Origin: Staphylococcus phage pSco-10
Length of the DNA stretch: 64,000 bases
Reading direction: 5' to 3' (one strand)
Sequence record: KX011028.1
The notes beneath the pieces were generated by a model. That model saw only the letters and a program-made list of their open reading frames with translations, did no database searches and was not told the origin of the DNA. Made by a program: the position numbers and the translations under genes. This document shows, in pieces, positions 1-9,441 of the stretch. Numbering within the stretch: position 1 is the stretch's first letter; each line of letters opens with the position of its first letter.

Positions 1-50
1 ATCACTCCTACTTACAATATACAATTATTTATATACTCTAAGTAGGAGAA

Positions 51-71
51 GCGGATAAGTACCGCTTCAAC
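51..71 (-). terminator. hairpin GAAGCGG-N7-CCGCTTC just downstream of stop of 79..630; no clear U-run
   Basis: inverted repeat seen in sequence. Confidence 0.3.
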
Positions 72-78
72 TATTATT

Positions 79-630
79 TTAGTACTCTCTTACAAACAAA
101 TCTACTACAGGGTAATACTTTAATAATTTACCACTATCTCTAGTTTCTTCAAATTCTTCACGAACATCTTTTCTATCAATTGGTTTTACCAAACCATGTA
201 CAGCCTGGTAAGTATATCTACGTCCTTTAGAATCTTCAAAGTAACCTTCAGGTGATGCTTCAAGTACATTGAAGTGGTTAAGTACTCCTCCGTCTATATA
301 CCAAAACGTATATCCCATAGGTGCATCTTCTTTCTCTTGCTCATCATCCGCTTCAATCTTCTCTAAGTTTGATACATAATTACTCCAATCAGTTAAGTAT
401 CTACCGTTCCTACTTGTACCTGCTATCTCTACCTTACCACCTTCTAGTACCTTAGTTACAGTAGCCTCTCCTACAGCTCCTCTTTGACTGTCTAGTACTT
501 TTACTCTATCTCCTACTTTAATGTCCTTAGAAGCGGTCTCCGCTTCATCTTTACCCTCTAATAGCTCCTGATACTTTACTAACTCTTCAGGTGTACCTTC
601 TACAATATTATTATCTAAATGTAATTTCAC
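79..630 (-). CDS. hypothetical protein (183 aa), GTG start
   Basis: ORF track; RBS aggagg 8 nt upstream of GTG; consensus promoter upstream (661..689). Confidence 0.55.
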   Translation of the reverse strand: MKLHLDNNIVEGTPEELVKYQELLEGKDEAETASKDIKVGDRVKVLDSQRGAVGEATVTKVLEGGKVEIAGTSRNGRYLTDWSNYVSNLEKIEADDEQEKEDAPMGYTFWYIDGGVLNHFNVLEASPEGYFEDSKGRRYTYQAVHGLVKPIDRKDVREEFEETRDSGKLLKYYPVVDLFVREY

Positions 631-660
631 TATTAACTCCTCCTAATTGATTATATACTA

Positions 661-689
661 AGTATAGCATACCGCTTCATACTTGTCAA
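661..689 (-). promoter_or_regulatory. sigma70-like promoter TTGACA-17-TATACT for gene 79..630; -35 lies inside the inverted repeat ccgcttca-N25-tgaagcgg (673..713)
   Basis: tgtcaa 684..689 and agtata 661..666 on plus strand = TTGACA/TATACT on minus strand. Confidence 0.6.
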
Positions 690-1153
690 CAATTAATTGT
701 AATTGAAGCGGATATATTTCAATATTCTCAATTAAACTTCTTCTATTCTCAGTGCCCTACTTACGATTATAGGTACATTAAAACTTCGGTCTAGGAGATA
801 CCTAATACTTTTTAGTAATTTTAAAAATAAGAATCCCATACCTATAGGGTTCTATAATTTAGTACCACTTTTCCTAGGGTCTAAAGATTAAAACCCTAGA
901 TTAGAATGATTCTAATGTAATAACCTAGATTATACCGCCATTATATGAGATTATTATATAATAACAGTAGATTACTACCGCTTCAGCATAGATTAAGGTC
1001 GGAATACTATAGTTTACTATTGTATAATAAATGAATAGTATAACTATAGAATAAGTATTTAGGAAAGTCGGTAGTAAGTAATAGGCTGAGTAGGAGAGGT
1101 AAAAAAATTCCCAGGTTCTAGGATGATACTATTTTCTCTAAGTATCTTACCTT

Positions 1154-2635
1154 CTATTTTACCTTCTTTCTTTTAGGAGTATACCCATTTATATATTCCC
1201 AATAAAGTTTAGTCCCATCGGGAGCTAAAGTATGTTTTCTTTTACCTCTACATACTTCTCCTATTTTACTTCCTTTAGGTAAATTATAAAAAGATATAGC
1301 ATCTTTAACCCCATCAAACTCTTTACCTGTGTTTAAACATCTTACTGCATTTTTATTACTACTACCTATTTTAACTGGTTGGTACCCTAAATTTCTCTTT
1401 AATATACCTGATACTTTACAAGAAGAAAATCCAGTAGCAAAGCTAATTTGTCTCATAGGTACCCCTTTATTATATAACTCTATTACTTTTAAAACATAAT
1501 CATCTTTACTTTTTATTATATCAAATATCTCTCTATCTTCTACACCTTCAAGTAAAAAAGATAACTTAGATTTAGATATACTTTCTTTGATGTAACTTAG
1601 TTCCGAAATACGACAATCAATCTCTATTAATTCTATATCATTATTTTTGCAATAATCCTTCTTATACTTCATAGATACATTATGTTGCTTTACTGTATTC
1701 CCCCAATTAGTACTATTATTATAATGTTGTCTTCCATGTGTTTCTACTGCTAATTTTTTGTTACCTAAAGTAAATATAAAATCTATTCTCTTTCTGTTAT
1801 CTATTTGTACTTCTGATTCGAAATTTATATTATTTAGCTCTAAGTAAGCAGAGAAAACTTTTTGAGGTAAGGGTGTTTTTTCTGAACAATAAGTACAATT
1901 AAATCCTCTATTTACTAACTTATCTATACTAATATACTTTTTAAAATAACAACCTTTATTGTGACACTTTATCTGTATTTTATTGGGAGACCCTATAGTT
2001 TTGTATTTATCTTCCTCATTAACCAAGTATTTAATTAAATCAGGTCTTTTCCTTTCTATAGAATTAATTAATTTTTTATATTGTTTTGGGAATACAGAAT
2101 TGCTAGTTGATTCTAATAAAGTTTTTTCTTTTACCGTTATCTCTACATTTTTCTCAATGTTTAAAACTTTATAAGATTTCATTCTTCTTCCGCTCTTCTC
2201 CGTATAATAGCAATAATCAATTATTTTACATCCTTTTACAATATCACCTTTAGAGAATCTAAAAGTATTTAAGTATGTTTTATTGAGAGCATTACCTAAA
2301 GCTACCTTCATTAAAGTAATTGATGATACAGAATAATTATCTAATAGTAAATAATTAATATGTTCTTTATTAGTATAACTATATATTAACTTCTTACGAT
2401 ACATTGTACCGTAATTGAAAGTGATATCATGTTCTACATTCTTCCAATCAATACAGTATTTACCTTTATAGAATTTAGTTGGTAAAGTACTTAAATCTAT
2501 CCAATCTATATCTCCATTATTCCTTTGTATATACCATACAAAATCTTTATTGCACTTCTTCTTACCTGTTCTTTCCATTTCTTGTTTAGCCCACTCTACA
2601 TCTACAACACTAGGTACTTCTATATTATTTTCCAT
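1154..2635 (-). CDS. free-standing homing-endonuclease-like protein (493 aa): Vsr/DUF559-like PD-(D/E)XK core (RIDFIF...LAVETHGRQHY) plus C-terminal NUMOD/HTH-like DNA-binding repeats
   Basis: motif recognition in translation; own promoter 2667..2695. Confidence 0.5.
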   Translation of the reverse strand: MENNIEVPSVVDVEWAKQEMERTGKKKCNKDFVWYIQRNNGDIDWIDLSTLPTKFYKGKYCIDWKNVEHDITFNYGTMYRKKLIYSYTNKEHINYLLLDNYSVSSITLMKVALGNALNKTYLNTFRFSKGDIVKGCKIIDYCYYTEKSGRRMKSYKVLNIEKNVEITVKEKTLLESTSNSVFPKQYKKLINSIERKRPDLIKYLVNEEDKYKTIGSPNKIQIKCHNKGCYFKKYISIDKLVNRGFNCTYCSEKTPLPQKVFSAYLELNNINFESEVQIDNRKRIDFIFTLGNKKLAVETHGRQHYNNSTNWGNTVKQHNVSMKYKKDYCKNNDIELIEIDCRISELSYIKESISKSKLSFLLEGVEDREIFDIIKSKDDYVLKVIELYNKGVPMRQISFATGFSSCKVSGILKRNLGYQPVKIGSSNKNAVRCLNTGKEFDGVKDAISFYNLPKGSKIGEVCRGKRKHTLAPDGTKLYWEYINGYTPKRKKVK

Positions 2636-2666
2636 TCCAAATCATCTCCTTATTTAATATACTCTT

Positions 2667-2695
2667 ATTATATAGTAAAACTCTACCTAAGTCAA
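2667..2695 (-). promoter_or_regulatory. promoter TTGACT-17-TATAAT; -35 sits in the loop of terminator hairpin 2681..2704
   Basis: agtcaa 2690..2695, attata 2667..2672 on plus strand. Confidence 0.6.
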
Positions 2696-2704
2696 TAGGT
2701 AGAG
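2675..2704 (-). terminator. rho-independent terminator after gene 2715..3050 (stem CTCTACCT/AGGTAGAG, then TTTTAC)
   Basis: 8-bp perfect inverted repeat followed by U-rich run on minus strand. Confidence 0.5.
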
Positions 2705-2714
2705 TTAAAGTTTT

Positions 2715-3050
2715 TTATTTATTTTCTAATTCTTTTTTAGCATCCATAGCCTTTTCGAACACTTTTAATTTTTTATCGTCTCTTTCTTCTTTAGTAAGGT
2801 CATCATACACTAACTCTGAGAGGAGTGCTACTAATTCAGATAAAGCAGAGCCTTCATTAGCTTTTAAAAGGTCTCTTAAATAAACGTCTTTAGGCATCAT
2901 ACGACCTTCATAATGTGTTAATGTATGGACTACAACTAACTCTTCTTTCCCTTCTTCGTTGTACCCCTTAAGAAGATGACTACTTTCTTGCCTATAACCT
3001 TCTTGTTCTAAACGGTCAATAAATTGTTCTTGTGCAAATACGTTACTCAT
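2715..3050 (-). CDS. hypothetical protein (111 aa; true start MSNVFAQEQF, the track ORF is N-extended)
   Basis: AGGAGAtatt-ATG at 3050; promoter -10 at 3080. Confidence 0.55.
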   Translation of the reverse strand: MSNVFAQEQFIDRLEQEGYRQESSHLLKGYNEEGKEELVVVHTLTHYEGRMMPKDVYLRDLLKANEGSALSELVALLSELVYDDLTKEERDDKKLKVFEKAMDAKKELENK

Positions 3051-3079
3051 AATATCTCCTCCTAATTGATTATATATTA

Positions 3080-3108
3080 ATCTTAACACGTTATTTATCT
3101 GATGTCAA
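3080..3108 (-). promoter_or_regulatory. promoter TTGACA-17-TAAGAT
   Basis: tgtcaa 3103..3108 on plus strand. Confidence 0.55.
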
Positions 3109-3144
3109 CAGTTTTATAAAAAAGTATTTTAACTGATTTCTTTT

Positions 3145-3306
3145 TTATACAAACATCTGTAAAACTAGATGAATAATGAACAAAATAACTCCTGATATTA
3201 CTATACATATACTTACAATACCGTCAAAATAGTCTTGCCTATATCTATAAAATACTATCCCTATTATGATAAAGGTAATTAGTAGGATGTATAATACTAT
3301 GTTCAT
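3145..3306 (-). CDS. small membrane protein (53 aa; start MNIVLYILL)
   Basis: hydrophobic; RBS aagggggaa before ATG at 3306. Confidence 0.45.
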   Translation of the reverse strand: MNIVLYILLITFIIIGIVFYRYRQDYFDGIVSICIVISGVILFIIHLVLQMFV

Positions 3307-3335
3307 AATTAATTCCCCCTTACAAATTTGTGTTT

Positions 3336-3704
3336 TTAATCCTCCCAAACTAAACCTGTTCCTTGTACACGTTCCACTACTTTAAACCACACATATAATT
3401 TCTCAGTTAAAAATAGTTCTAAACTTTTTGCAGTGTCAAACTCTACAGTTTCCGATTCATGAAACCCTTCAGGCAAGTGAACTCTCAGACGTTTCACACC
3501 TTTGTAATAATCGTTGTCTTGAAAAACTTTAGACACTTTTATCTTTATTTCTGAATACAAATATCCAAAATACAATGTTAAACTTGAATTGTGGTGCCCA
3601 ATCCCTAAGTCTTTAAGCACAACCCTCTCACCATTATCTCCTACTAATAACCATTGACCTTTTCTATCTTTAAAATGTCGTACTAATAAATCCATGCTAT
3701 CCAT
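3336..3704 (-). CDS. hypothetical protein (122 aa)
   Basis: ORF track. Confidence 0.5.
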   Translation of the reverse strand: MDSMDLLVRHFKDRKGQWLLVGDNGERVVLKDLGIGHHNSSLTLYFGYLYSEIKIKVSKVFQDNDYYKGVKRLRVHLPEGFHESETVEFDTAKSLELFLTEKLYVWFKVVERVQGTGLVWED

Positions 3705-3735
3705 ACTAATTCCTCCTTATAAAATGTGTGTTTTA

Positions 3736-4515
3736 CTAAACACTAAACTCTTTATTCATTAAATTTTTTACCCAATCCTTATCGTCAACGTTATCAGACT
3801 CTTTTAACCGTGTAAGTATTGTTTGCATGTAAGGTATGGAACAATTATACTCTTCAGCTAACACTTTTACTGTATATGCTTTAAATCTTCTTTTGAAGTT
3901 AATCTCTTTTAAATCAGTTTCTCCTATTAATCTATATGAATTATTTCTCTTCTGATAAGGCTTCTTTCTATGCTGTAGTCCTGAAGACCACGCATGTGAA
4001 ACATTTTCTTCAAAAGGTATTATTTCTAAATTCTTATAGTAACAGTTATTTTTAACTCCATCTATATGGTTAACTACATAATCTTCAGGTATCTTTCCTA
4101 TAAAATGTTCAGCAACAAGTCTATGTACATAGTAGTATTTGTTCTTATACCTAAACCTCAAATATCCTTCATTATGTTTTGATAAACCAACTACTTTCAT
4201 TGGTGATGTTAATGTCGGTAATTTGATAACATCACCATAATTAGATAGATAGTACTCATTATCTGATTCACTAGCAAAACACAGTCTTTTCCATTCCTTT
4301 TTAGGGTCTAATAAGTTATCACAACTAAATAATTGAATAAGTGACTCATATTTGATTACTCTTGATTGTTTCAAGTTGTCAGGATAACACTGATATCCCT
4401 TTTTGTTTTTATTATATCGTACTTTAGCAAGTGTATTATCTTTCTTTACTCGGTACAATACTAAATCATTATCTAAGTAATAATTACTAAATCCATATTT
4501 TTCTAAATTAATCAT
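3736..4515 (-). CDS. free-standing HNH homing endonuclease (259 aa); HNH motif NHIDGVKNNCYYKNLE plus C-terminal HTH-like tail
   Basis: HNH_3-type motif in translation. Confidence 0.7.
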   Translation of the reverse strand: MINLEKYGFSNYYLDNDLVLYRVKKDNTLAKVRYNKNKKGYQCYPDNLKQSRVIKYESLIQLFSCDNLLDPKKEWKRLCFASESDNEYYLSNYGDVIKLPTLTSPMKVVGLSKHNEGYLRFRYKNKYYYVHRLVAEHFIGKIPEDYVVNHIDGVKNNCYYKNLEIIPFEENVSHAWSSGLQHRKKPYQKRNNSYRLIGETDLKEINFKRRFKAYTVKVLAEEYNCSIPYMQTILTRLKESDNVDDKDWVKNLMNKEFSV

Positions 4516-4573
4516 TCCTAAAACAACTCCTTATTAATAAAATGATTCTTTTAATTTGTTAGGGTTGTCTAAA

Positions 4574-4768
4574 TTATTTATTAGCCTTATCTAACGCTAA
4601 CATTAGTTCAGTCATTACATCTCTCTTTTCAAAATCAGATATTGGTAAATCAAGATACCCTTTAATAATCTTATGTGCTTGAACGTAACCTAAATCTTCA
4701 ATACCTTCCGATTTACTTACTACCTCATTTGCTTTATCATGTAAATTTTTAATTTGTTTGTTATTCAT
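4574..4768 (-). CDS. hypothetical protein (64 aa)
   Basis: RBS aaggagagg before ATG. Confidence 0.5.
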   Translation of the reverse strand: MNNKQIKNLHDKANEVVSKSEGIEDLGYVQAHKIIKGYLDLPISDFEKRDVMTELMLALDKANK

Positions 4769-4797
4769 GTTAACCTCTCCTTTTTCTTTATATCTAA

Positions 4798-4826
4798 AGT
4801 ATATTATAATAAATACCTGCTGTCAA
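4798..4826 (-). promoter_or_regulatory. promoter TTGACA-17-TATACT (the -35 lies in the palindrome cctgCTGTCAACAgg)
   Basis: tgtcaa 4821..4826, agtata 4798..4803 on plus strand. Confidence 0.6.
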
Positions 4827-4845
4827 CAGGTATTTATAAACTTAT

Positions 4846-5352
4846 TTATTTTTTCGTAATACCTATAATATCATCAAAGCTATATGCAATCTTACCCTCT
4901 ACATCATAACCTACATTAATGTGATACTCTGTATCCATTAACTGTGAGTGTATATGACCATGAATATTAAACATGTTTTTTCTACCTATTAGTGTAGGGT
5001 AATGGCTTAAATAAAATCTCTTACCTTCCTTTTTAATCATATCTACATATTTTACTGTAATACCGTTACGTTCATATATCCTTATAAGTTTCTTATGGTC
5101 ATGGTTGCCTGCAATCAGTATCATTTCTTTATAGTTTAATCTATTAAGTATATCTTCTACTTTAGAAGGTTTCATATTGAAAAAGAAGTCTCCAATATTA
5201 TAAACAATATCGTTATTTGTAATTGTATTATTCCATAACTCAATTAAACCCTCATTCATTTCTTCTACTGAGTGCCAATGACTCCTTGTAGGTGCTTCAA
5301 ATTCCCTAATATTATCATGACCAAAATGTAAATCACTAACAAAATAAATCAT
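4846..5352 (-). CDS. calcineurin-like metallophosphoesterase (168 aa); motifs DLHFGHD, GDFFF, GNHDH
   Basis: phosphoesterase signature motifs. Confidence 0.75.
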   Translation of the reverse strand: MIYFVSDLHFGHDNIREFEAPTRSHWHSVEEMNEGLIELWNNTITNNDIVYNIGDFFFNMKPSKVEDILNRLNYKEMILIAGNHDHKKLIRIYERNGITVKYVDMIKKEGKRFYLSHYPTLIGRKNMFNIHGHIHSQLMDTEYHINVGYDVEGKIAYSFDDIIGITKK

Positions 5353-5354
5353 TT

Positions 5355-5762
5355 TTATTCCTCCTTATTAAGCTCAATTAATGTATAAAGCCCTTCTCTA
5401 TCTAATTTGTATGAAAGTAATATCATGTTCTCTATATGACCTCCGAAAGGGGTTAAACCTTTCACATCAGAAACATCTACAGATGTTAGTTCTAAGTCAT
5501 ACATTTTTTGTAATGTATCTATAACTGTACTTTTACTTGCACTTATTATTATTTTATTTGATTCTTTATGAATTAAAGCATATTTACTTTCAACATAACC
5601 TGTGTGACCTAACTGTCTCCCTGGTTCCTGAATACCGAAAGATTCTCGTTCTTCTCTTAGCTCTTTTTTCTTTTTCCTTGCTTCTAGTACTTTAGTAATG
5701 CCAAGACCAATTAAACATAATATTAGTAGTATTGACCCTAAAACAAAATATACAATTACCAT
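5355..5762 (-). CDS. membrane-anchored protein (135 aa; N-terminal TM then KKKKELREERE)
   Basis: hydrophobic N-terminus. Confidence 0.5.
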   Translation of the reverse strand: MVIVYFVLGSILLILCLIGLGITKVLEARKKKKELREERESFGIQEPGRQLGHTGYVESKYALIHKESNKIIISASKSTVIDTLQKMYDLELTSVDVSDVKGLTPFGGHIENMILLSYKLDREGLYTLIELNKEE

Positions 5763-6067
5763 TATTGACTCATCTCCTCTAAATAATCATCTAAGATGCT
5801 TATGCCATAGGCATCTCCTTTTTCATAGTAGTGAACATCAGTATATGATTTACTCAGTAATCCTACAACTAAGCCATTGTTTGTCTTACTGAACTGTCTT
5901 AAGTTATACTCATACATATTATTATCTTCAAGTAAAACGATATCGTTATCGACTAATGTACCTTCCGTAGTATAAGATAACCCTTTTGCTGTTGTGTTAA
6001 TGAATTCTAAAAGCTCCTTTAGGATGTGTTTATTTTCTTCTTTATAAAATATAATAATCCCTTTCAT
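5762..6067 (-). CDS. hypothetical protein (101 aa)
   Basis: RBS aaggaggttaact before ATG; promoter 6097..6125. Confidence 0.55.
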   Translation of the reverse strand: MKGIIIFYKEENKHILKELLEFINTTAKGLSYTTEGTLVDNDIVLLEDNNMYEYNLRQFSKTNNGLVVGLLSKSYTDVHYYEKGDAYGISILDDYLEEMSQ

Positions 6068-6096
6068 AAGTTAACCTCCTTATTTCTTATACTCTT

Positions 6097-6125
6097 AGTA
6101 TATAATAAAAGAAACCTAGTGTCAA
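6097..6125 (-). promoter_or_regulatory. promoter TTGACA-17-TATACT; -35 lies in the loop of terminator hairpin 6111..6133
   Basis: tgtcaa 6120..6125 on plus strand. Confidence 0.6.
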
Positions 6126-6133
6126 TAGGTTTC
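6105..6133 (-). terminator. terminator hairpin GAAACCTA/TAGGTTTC followed by TTTTATTAT
   Basis: inverted repeat plus U-run on minus strand. Confidence 0.5.
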
Positions 6134-6144
6134 TTAAACTTTTT

Positions 6145-6810
6145 TTATAATGAAATTGGTTCTACAATACTCTCTAAGGTATTAGTTAAATGACCTAATC
6201 CATCATACGTAATATCTGTTTTAATAATACGATTAATAAGAGTACCTTCAGAATTTTGTAACTTAGTATCTATAACATGTTTACCTTCATCCTTAGCGTA
6301 TTCAATAACAATTAAGTATCCCTCAGGTAAATGTATACTTACTTTTCTTCTTTGAATGAGCATATTTCGGTCACTGATAGTAAAACTACCTACTTTAAGA
6401 CCGCTTGATAATTCTGCAATGATTCCTGGTAATTTGTCTTCCTGCTGAGTACCAACTAATTGTAGTTGTAACCAATTATAATACTCTTCTGTAGCTTTGA
6501 TATATAAATTATCTAAAAACTCCACAACAGACTCTTCTGAAGTTTCAAAATCATCAGGTATAGTATCATGAGTTACGGTACTGTCAGTTGTAACAATAAC
6601 TTCACCATTAGCTAGCACAACAATTGAACTGGCTACCCCTAGCTTTTCATTTTCTACATAGAATATAATTCCTTCTTCATCAGTAAGGCTATCTTTGAAT
6701 GATTGGCAGTCTTTATTACCTGTAAAGGATATCTTAGCCTTTTTAGGGCACCCACCAATTTCTTCTTGCTCATTAATAATTTTTTCCCATTCTTTTAAAT
6801 CAATACTCAT
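6145..6810 (-). CDS. hypothetical protein (221 aa)
   Basis: ORF track. Confidence 0.55.
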   Translation of the reverse strand: MSIDLKEWEKIINEQEEIGGCPKKAKISFTGNKDCQSFKDSLTDEEGIIFYVENEKLGVASSIVVLANGEVIVTTDSTVTHDTIPDDFETSEESVVEFLDNLYIKATEEYYNWLQLQLVGTQQEDKLPGIIAELSSGLKVGSFTISDRNMLIQRRKVSIHLPEGYLIVIEYAKDEGKHVIDTKLQNSEGTLINRIIKTDITYDGLGHLTNTLESIVEPISL

Positions 6811-6826
6811 TTTTTTCTTAAACCCC

Positions 6827-7099
6827 TTATTTATTATTTGTATTCATAAATCTTTTAAGGTCTCCAGTTTCAAAAGTACCTATTTTGATATCTTTAACTT
6901 CTTTACGTTCTTGCTCTTCTAAGTAAAGAATACCTAATGAGTTAGCTGTTGTAGCTATCATTCTTGTAATTTGCCCTGTATTATAATCCTTTTGTTTAAC
7001 TTTACCTTTTTTATATCTAACTAATTCTACAATATCTAAAGCCAAAATTAAAAAGTTATTTACCTTTAATGTTAAAATTTTCTTTTGCCTACTGTTCAT
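6827..7099 (-). CDS. hypothetical protein (90 aa)
   Basis: ORF track. Confidence 0.5.
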   Translation of the reverse strand: MNSRQKKILTLKVNNFLILALDIVELVRYKKGKVKQKDYNTGQITRMIATTANSLGILYLEEQERKEVKDIKIGTFETGDLKRFMNTNNK

Positions 7100-7110
7100 C
7101 TTTTTTCCTC

Positions 7111-7341
7111 CTATTTATTTAAGAATTTTTTAGCGTAAATCCACAAACCAATACATGCTATAATAGCCATTAAAACAATAGTTATAGTAATGTACATAGC
7201 TTCAGTATCTGATATTAAGTCAGGTTCCCAATTGTGTGCTATCGTTTCTTCTCTAGTTTCTGTATTACCACTTGTAGTGGTAGTAGGGCTAGTAGTTGTT
7301 GGATTACTTACAACAGGAACATGAGGTACCGTTACCGGCAT
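7111..7341 (-). CDS. small membrane protein with Thr/Pro-rich N-terminus (76 aa)
   Basis: C-terminal TM helix. Confidence 0.5.
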   Translation of the reverse strand: MPVTVPHVPVVSNPTTTSPTTTTSGNTETREETIAHNWEPDLISDTEAMYITITIVLMAIIACIGLWIYAKKFLNK

Positions 7342-7342
7342 A

Positions 7343-7753
7343 TTAATTTCCCCCTTTAGCCTGTTCGATTAAATCTTTTACTGCAAATACTTCAGGGTTC
7401 AATATTTTTAGAATATCCATAGGTATTCCATATACTAAGTAAAGAAATGCACCTAGAGATATGATTGATGTAACTATTACATAGGTCAAACCTAAACCTG
7501 ATAAATCTTCATAATCGTCAAATAGTAAGCTATAATCATCATCTCTATCTGTGTCATTTACCTTTTTATACTGATTAATGAGTATCTTCCATAAAAACAC
7601 AGTTAATGCTATGATTAGAATACCTACTATAATGTCTACAATACCATATACAATTTGATACTTTACTAATGCTTCCCAAGCATGTTGGCTAATATCACCT
7701 AACTTACCTCCAAGGGAATCAATTCTCTCTAACACTTTATCTTCTAATTTCAC
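7343..7753 (-). CDS. membrane protein (about 137 aa; GTG start MKLEDKV, the track ORF is N-extended)
   Basis: RBS aaggag 8 nt before GTG; two TM segments. Confidence 0.5.
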   Translation of the reverse strand: MKLEDKVLERIDSLGGKLGDISQHAWEALVKYQIVYGIVDIIVGILIIALTVFLWKILINQYKKVNDTDRDDDYSLLFDDYEDLSGLGLTYVIVTSIISLGAFLYLVYGIPMDILKILNPEVFAVKDLIEQAKGGN

Positions 7754-7769
7754 TACAAACACTCCTTTT

Positions 7770-7844
7770 TTAGTCCTCTGAATTATAACCGCTAACAAAA
7801 CCTAATACAAATAATACTGCTAGAATAAAAATTACGAATAACAT
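7770..7844 (-). CDS. 24-aa hydrophobic micro-ORF (MLFVIFILAVLFVLGFVSGYNSED); its stop overlaps the RBS of the next gene
   Basis: RBS gaggagg 8 nt before ATG, directly downstream of promoter 7876..7904; missed by the 60-aa cutoff. Confidence 0.35.
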   Translation of the reverse strand: MLFVIFILAVLFVLGFVSGYNSED

Positions 7845-7875
7845 AGGTCATACCTCCTCTTTATTTGTTAACTTA

Positions 7876-7904
7876 AGTATAACCTATATACACTCATTTG
7901 TCAA
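7876..7904 (-). promoter_or_regulatory. promoter TTGACA-17-TATACT with AT-rich UP-like region upstream
   Basis: tgtcaa 7899..7904 on plus strand. Confidence 0.6.
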
Positions 7905-7949
7905 CAGTTATTTATTCTTTTTATCAAATTTATTTTAAAAAATTTTATA

Positions 7950-8129
7950 CTATATAATTCCTAACCATAATAGTATATTCGGTAATGCTGATAAACTTAA
8001 AAGTACTACTGAAAACGATACTAACTTCAAATATTCTTTCAAGCCATCAAAACCACATAAAATTAACGGAACTACCAAAGAGTATACTATAATTATTAAT
8101 ATTGTAATTAAAATAGGTGTTATTAGCAT
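7950..8129 (-). CDS. small two-TM membrane protein (59 aa, MLITPILITILIIIVYSL...)
   Basis: RBS aaggagag before ATG; missed by track cutoff. Confidence 0.45.
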   Translation of the reverse strand: MLITPILITILIIIVYSLVVPLILCGFDGLKEYLKLVSFSVVLLSLSALPNILLWLGII

Positions 8130-8134
8130 TCTTA

Positions 8135-8311
8135 TCTCTCCTTATCAAATTGTTTTGTTGTTGCAATTTTATACTCTTTATCAGGGTTTCTTTCCTCTAA
8201 TCTATCTTTTAACTCTTCTAATACTGAAATATCTCTATGTGCTCTAACTTGCCTAGGGATTTTCTTTTTACCTACTTTATCATAATAACATAATGCATAC
8301 CATTCAGACAT
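8135..8311 (-). CDS. small basic protein (58 aa, MSEWYALCYYDKVGKKK...)
   Basis: ATG immediately follows the TAG stop of the upstream gene (translational coupling); missed by track. Confidence 0.4.
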
Positions 8312-8740
8312 CTACTTCACTAATCCTTTCTCTTTAGTCCATATTAACGTATGTGTACCATCATCATTTACCGTGTGTAGCGTTTCTACGGGCTCTTCAT
8401 GTGCTTCTGCTTTATTCAACATAAGTTTTATTGGGTAGTTTTCGTCAATTCTCACACGCTGATAACCAAAATCATCCTTTAAATACGTCTTTTTAAAAGT
8501 TGTCATTAGCTTAGGTATAACTGTATCTTCCGTAATTTCTTCCTCGACTTCGGCTTCGAAAATGACGTTTTTAGAAATACGCCAGTCTGATGAAAACTCT
8601 CCTTTATCATTAATGCTAATAGAGACTACATAACCTTTTTCATCATGTCCTCTAAATGATAAATTTCTCACATCGTTATCCCACGCCCACTCAATCAACT
8701 GTGGTAAGTTTAGTTGTTTCTTAGTTTTGATTTTTACCAT
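8312..8740 (-). CDS. hypothetical protein (142 aa)
   Basis: ORF track. Confidence 0.55.
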   Translation of the reverse strand: MVKIKTKKQLNLPQLIEWAWDNDVRNLSFRGHDEKGYVVSISINDKGEFSSDWRISKNVIFEAEVEEEITEDTVIPKLMTTFKKTYLKDDFGYQRVRIDENYPIKLMLNKAEAHEEPVETLHTVNDDGTHTLIWTKEKGLVK

Positions 8741-9090
8741 TATTTCTCCTCCTTCTGTAACTTCTTATCTAAAGTTACGCTATAATCCTCTTTATAAAAT
8801 CCTTTAATTTTACCTTTATACCCTCTAGCATGTTTAACATATTTGTAAACTGTACCTACAAATTGAATTCTTTTACCTTGTAATTCTTTTAGTTTTTCGT
8901 AGAATGAAATACCTACTTCAATATTAACATGGTCAATAGGTATACCGTTAATACTTACATTAGTAACAGTTATTCTCACACAACCATGTTGATTGCCTTT
9001 ATGTCTTCTACGCTTTGAATACTTAACATCATCTAAGTACCCTTTAACATTAACTTGCTTTCTGTTAAAAGGTTTTAATTCATCTCTCAT
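8740..9090 (-). CDS. hypothetical basic protein (116 aa)
   Basis: ORF track. Confidence 0.5.
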   Translation of the reverse strand: MRDELKPFNRKQVNVKGYLDDVKYSKRRRHKGNQHGCVRITVTNVSINGIPIDHVNIEVGISFYEKLKELQGKRIQFVGTVYKYVKHARGYKGKIKGFYKEDYSVTLDKKLQKEEK

Positions 9091-9104
9091 AAGTTCACCT
9101 CCAA

Positions 9105-9410
9105 TTATAATTGTAATTCATGATAGTTAAACATGTCACGAACTACCTTCTTAGCAAAGTAATTAACCATGTACTGTGTTGAAGCTCCTTCAAGTTTATC
9201 ATAATCAAAGTCAATACATGTGAAAACTACAAAGCTTCCTAAGTTTCTACTACCTTCTCTAACTTCAAATACAAGTGTATCATTTTTAAAAGATTTAATT
9301 TTAAACTCTTTATTTGTATTAAAACTTTTAGGGAAGTTCCACCATTCCTTAGTTGTTGCCATAATCTCAATTGCATTTGAAAATTGTCTTCTGATTGTTT
9401 CTTTACTCAT
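9105..9410 (-). CDS. hypothetical protein (about 101 aa; start MSKETIRR)
   Basis: ggagatgattattATG context shared with other genes. Confidence 0.5.
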   Translation of the reverse strand: MSKETIRRQFSNAIEIMATTKEWWNFPKSFNTNKEFKIKSFKNDTLVFEVREGSRNLGSFVVFTCIDFDYDKLEGASTQYMVNYFAKKVVRDMFNYHELQL

Positions 9411-9441
9411 AATAATCATCTCCTGTACTTGTTATACATAT

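Noticed and set aside
640-1153. Possible tRNA or small RNA gene in the large non-coding gap
   Set aside because: No T-loop-like GTTCRANTC box or cloverleaf-compatible acceptor pairing was found by eye on either strand, so the region is reported only as a repeat/regulatory candidate.
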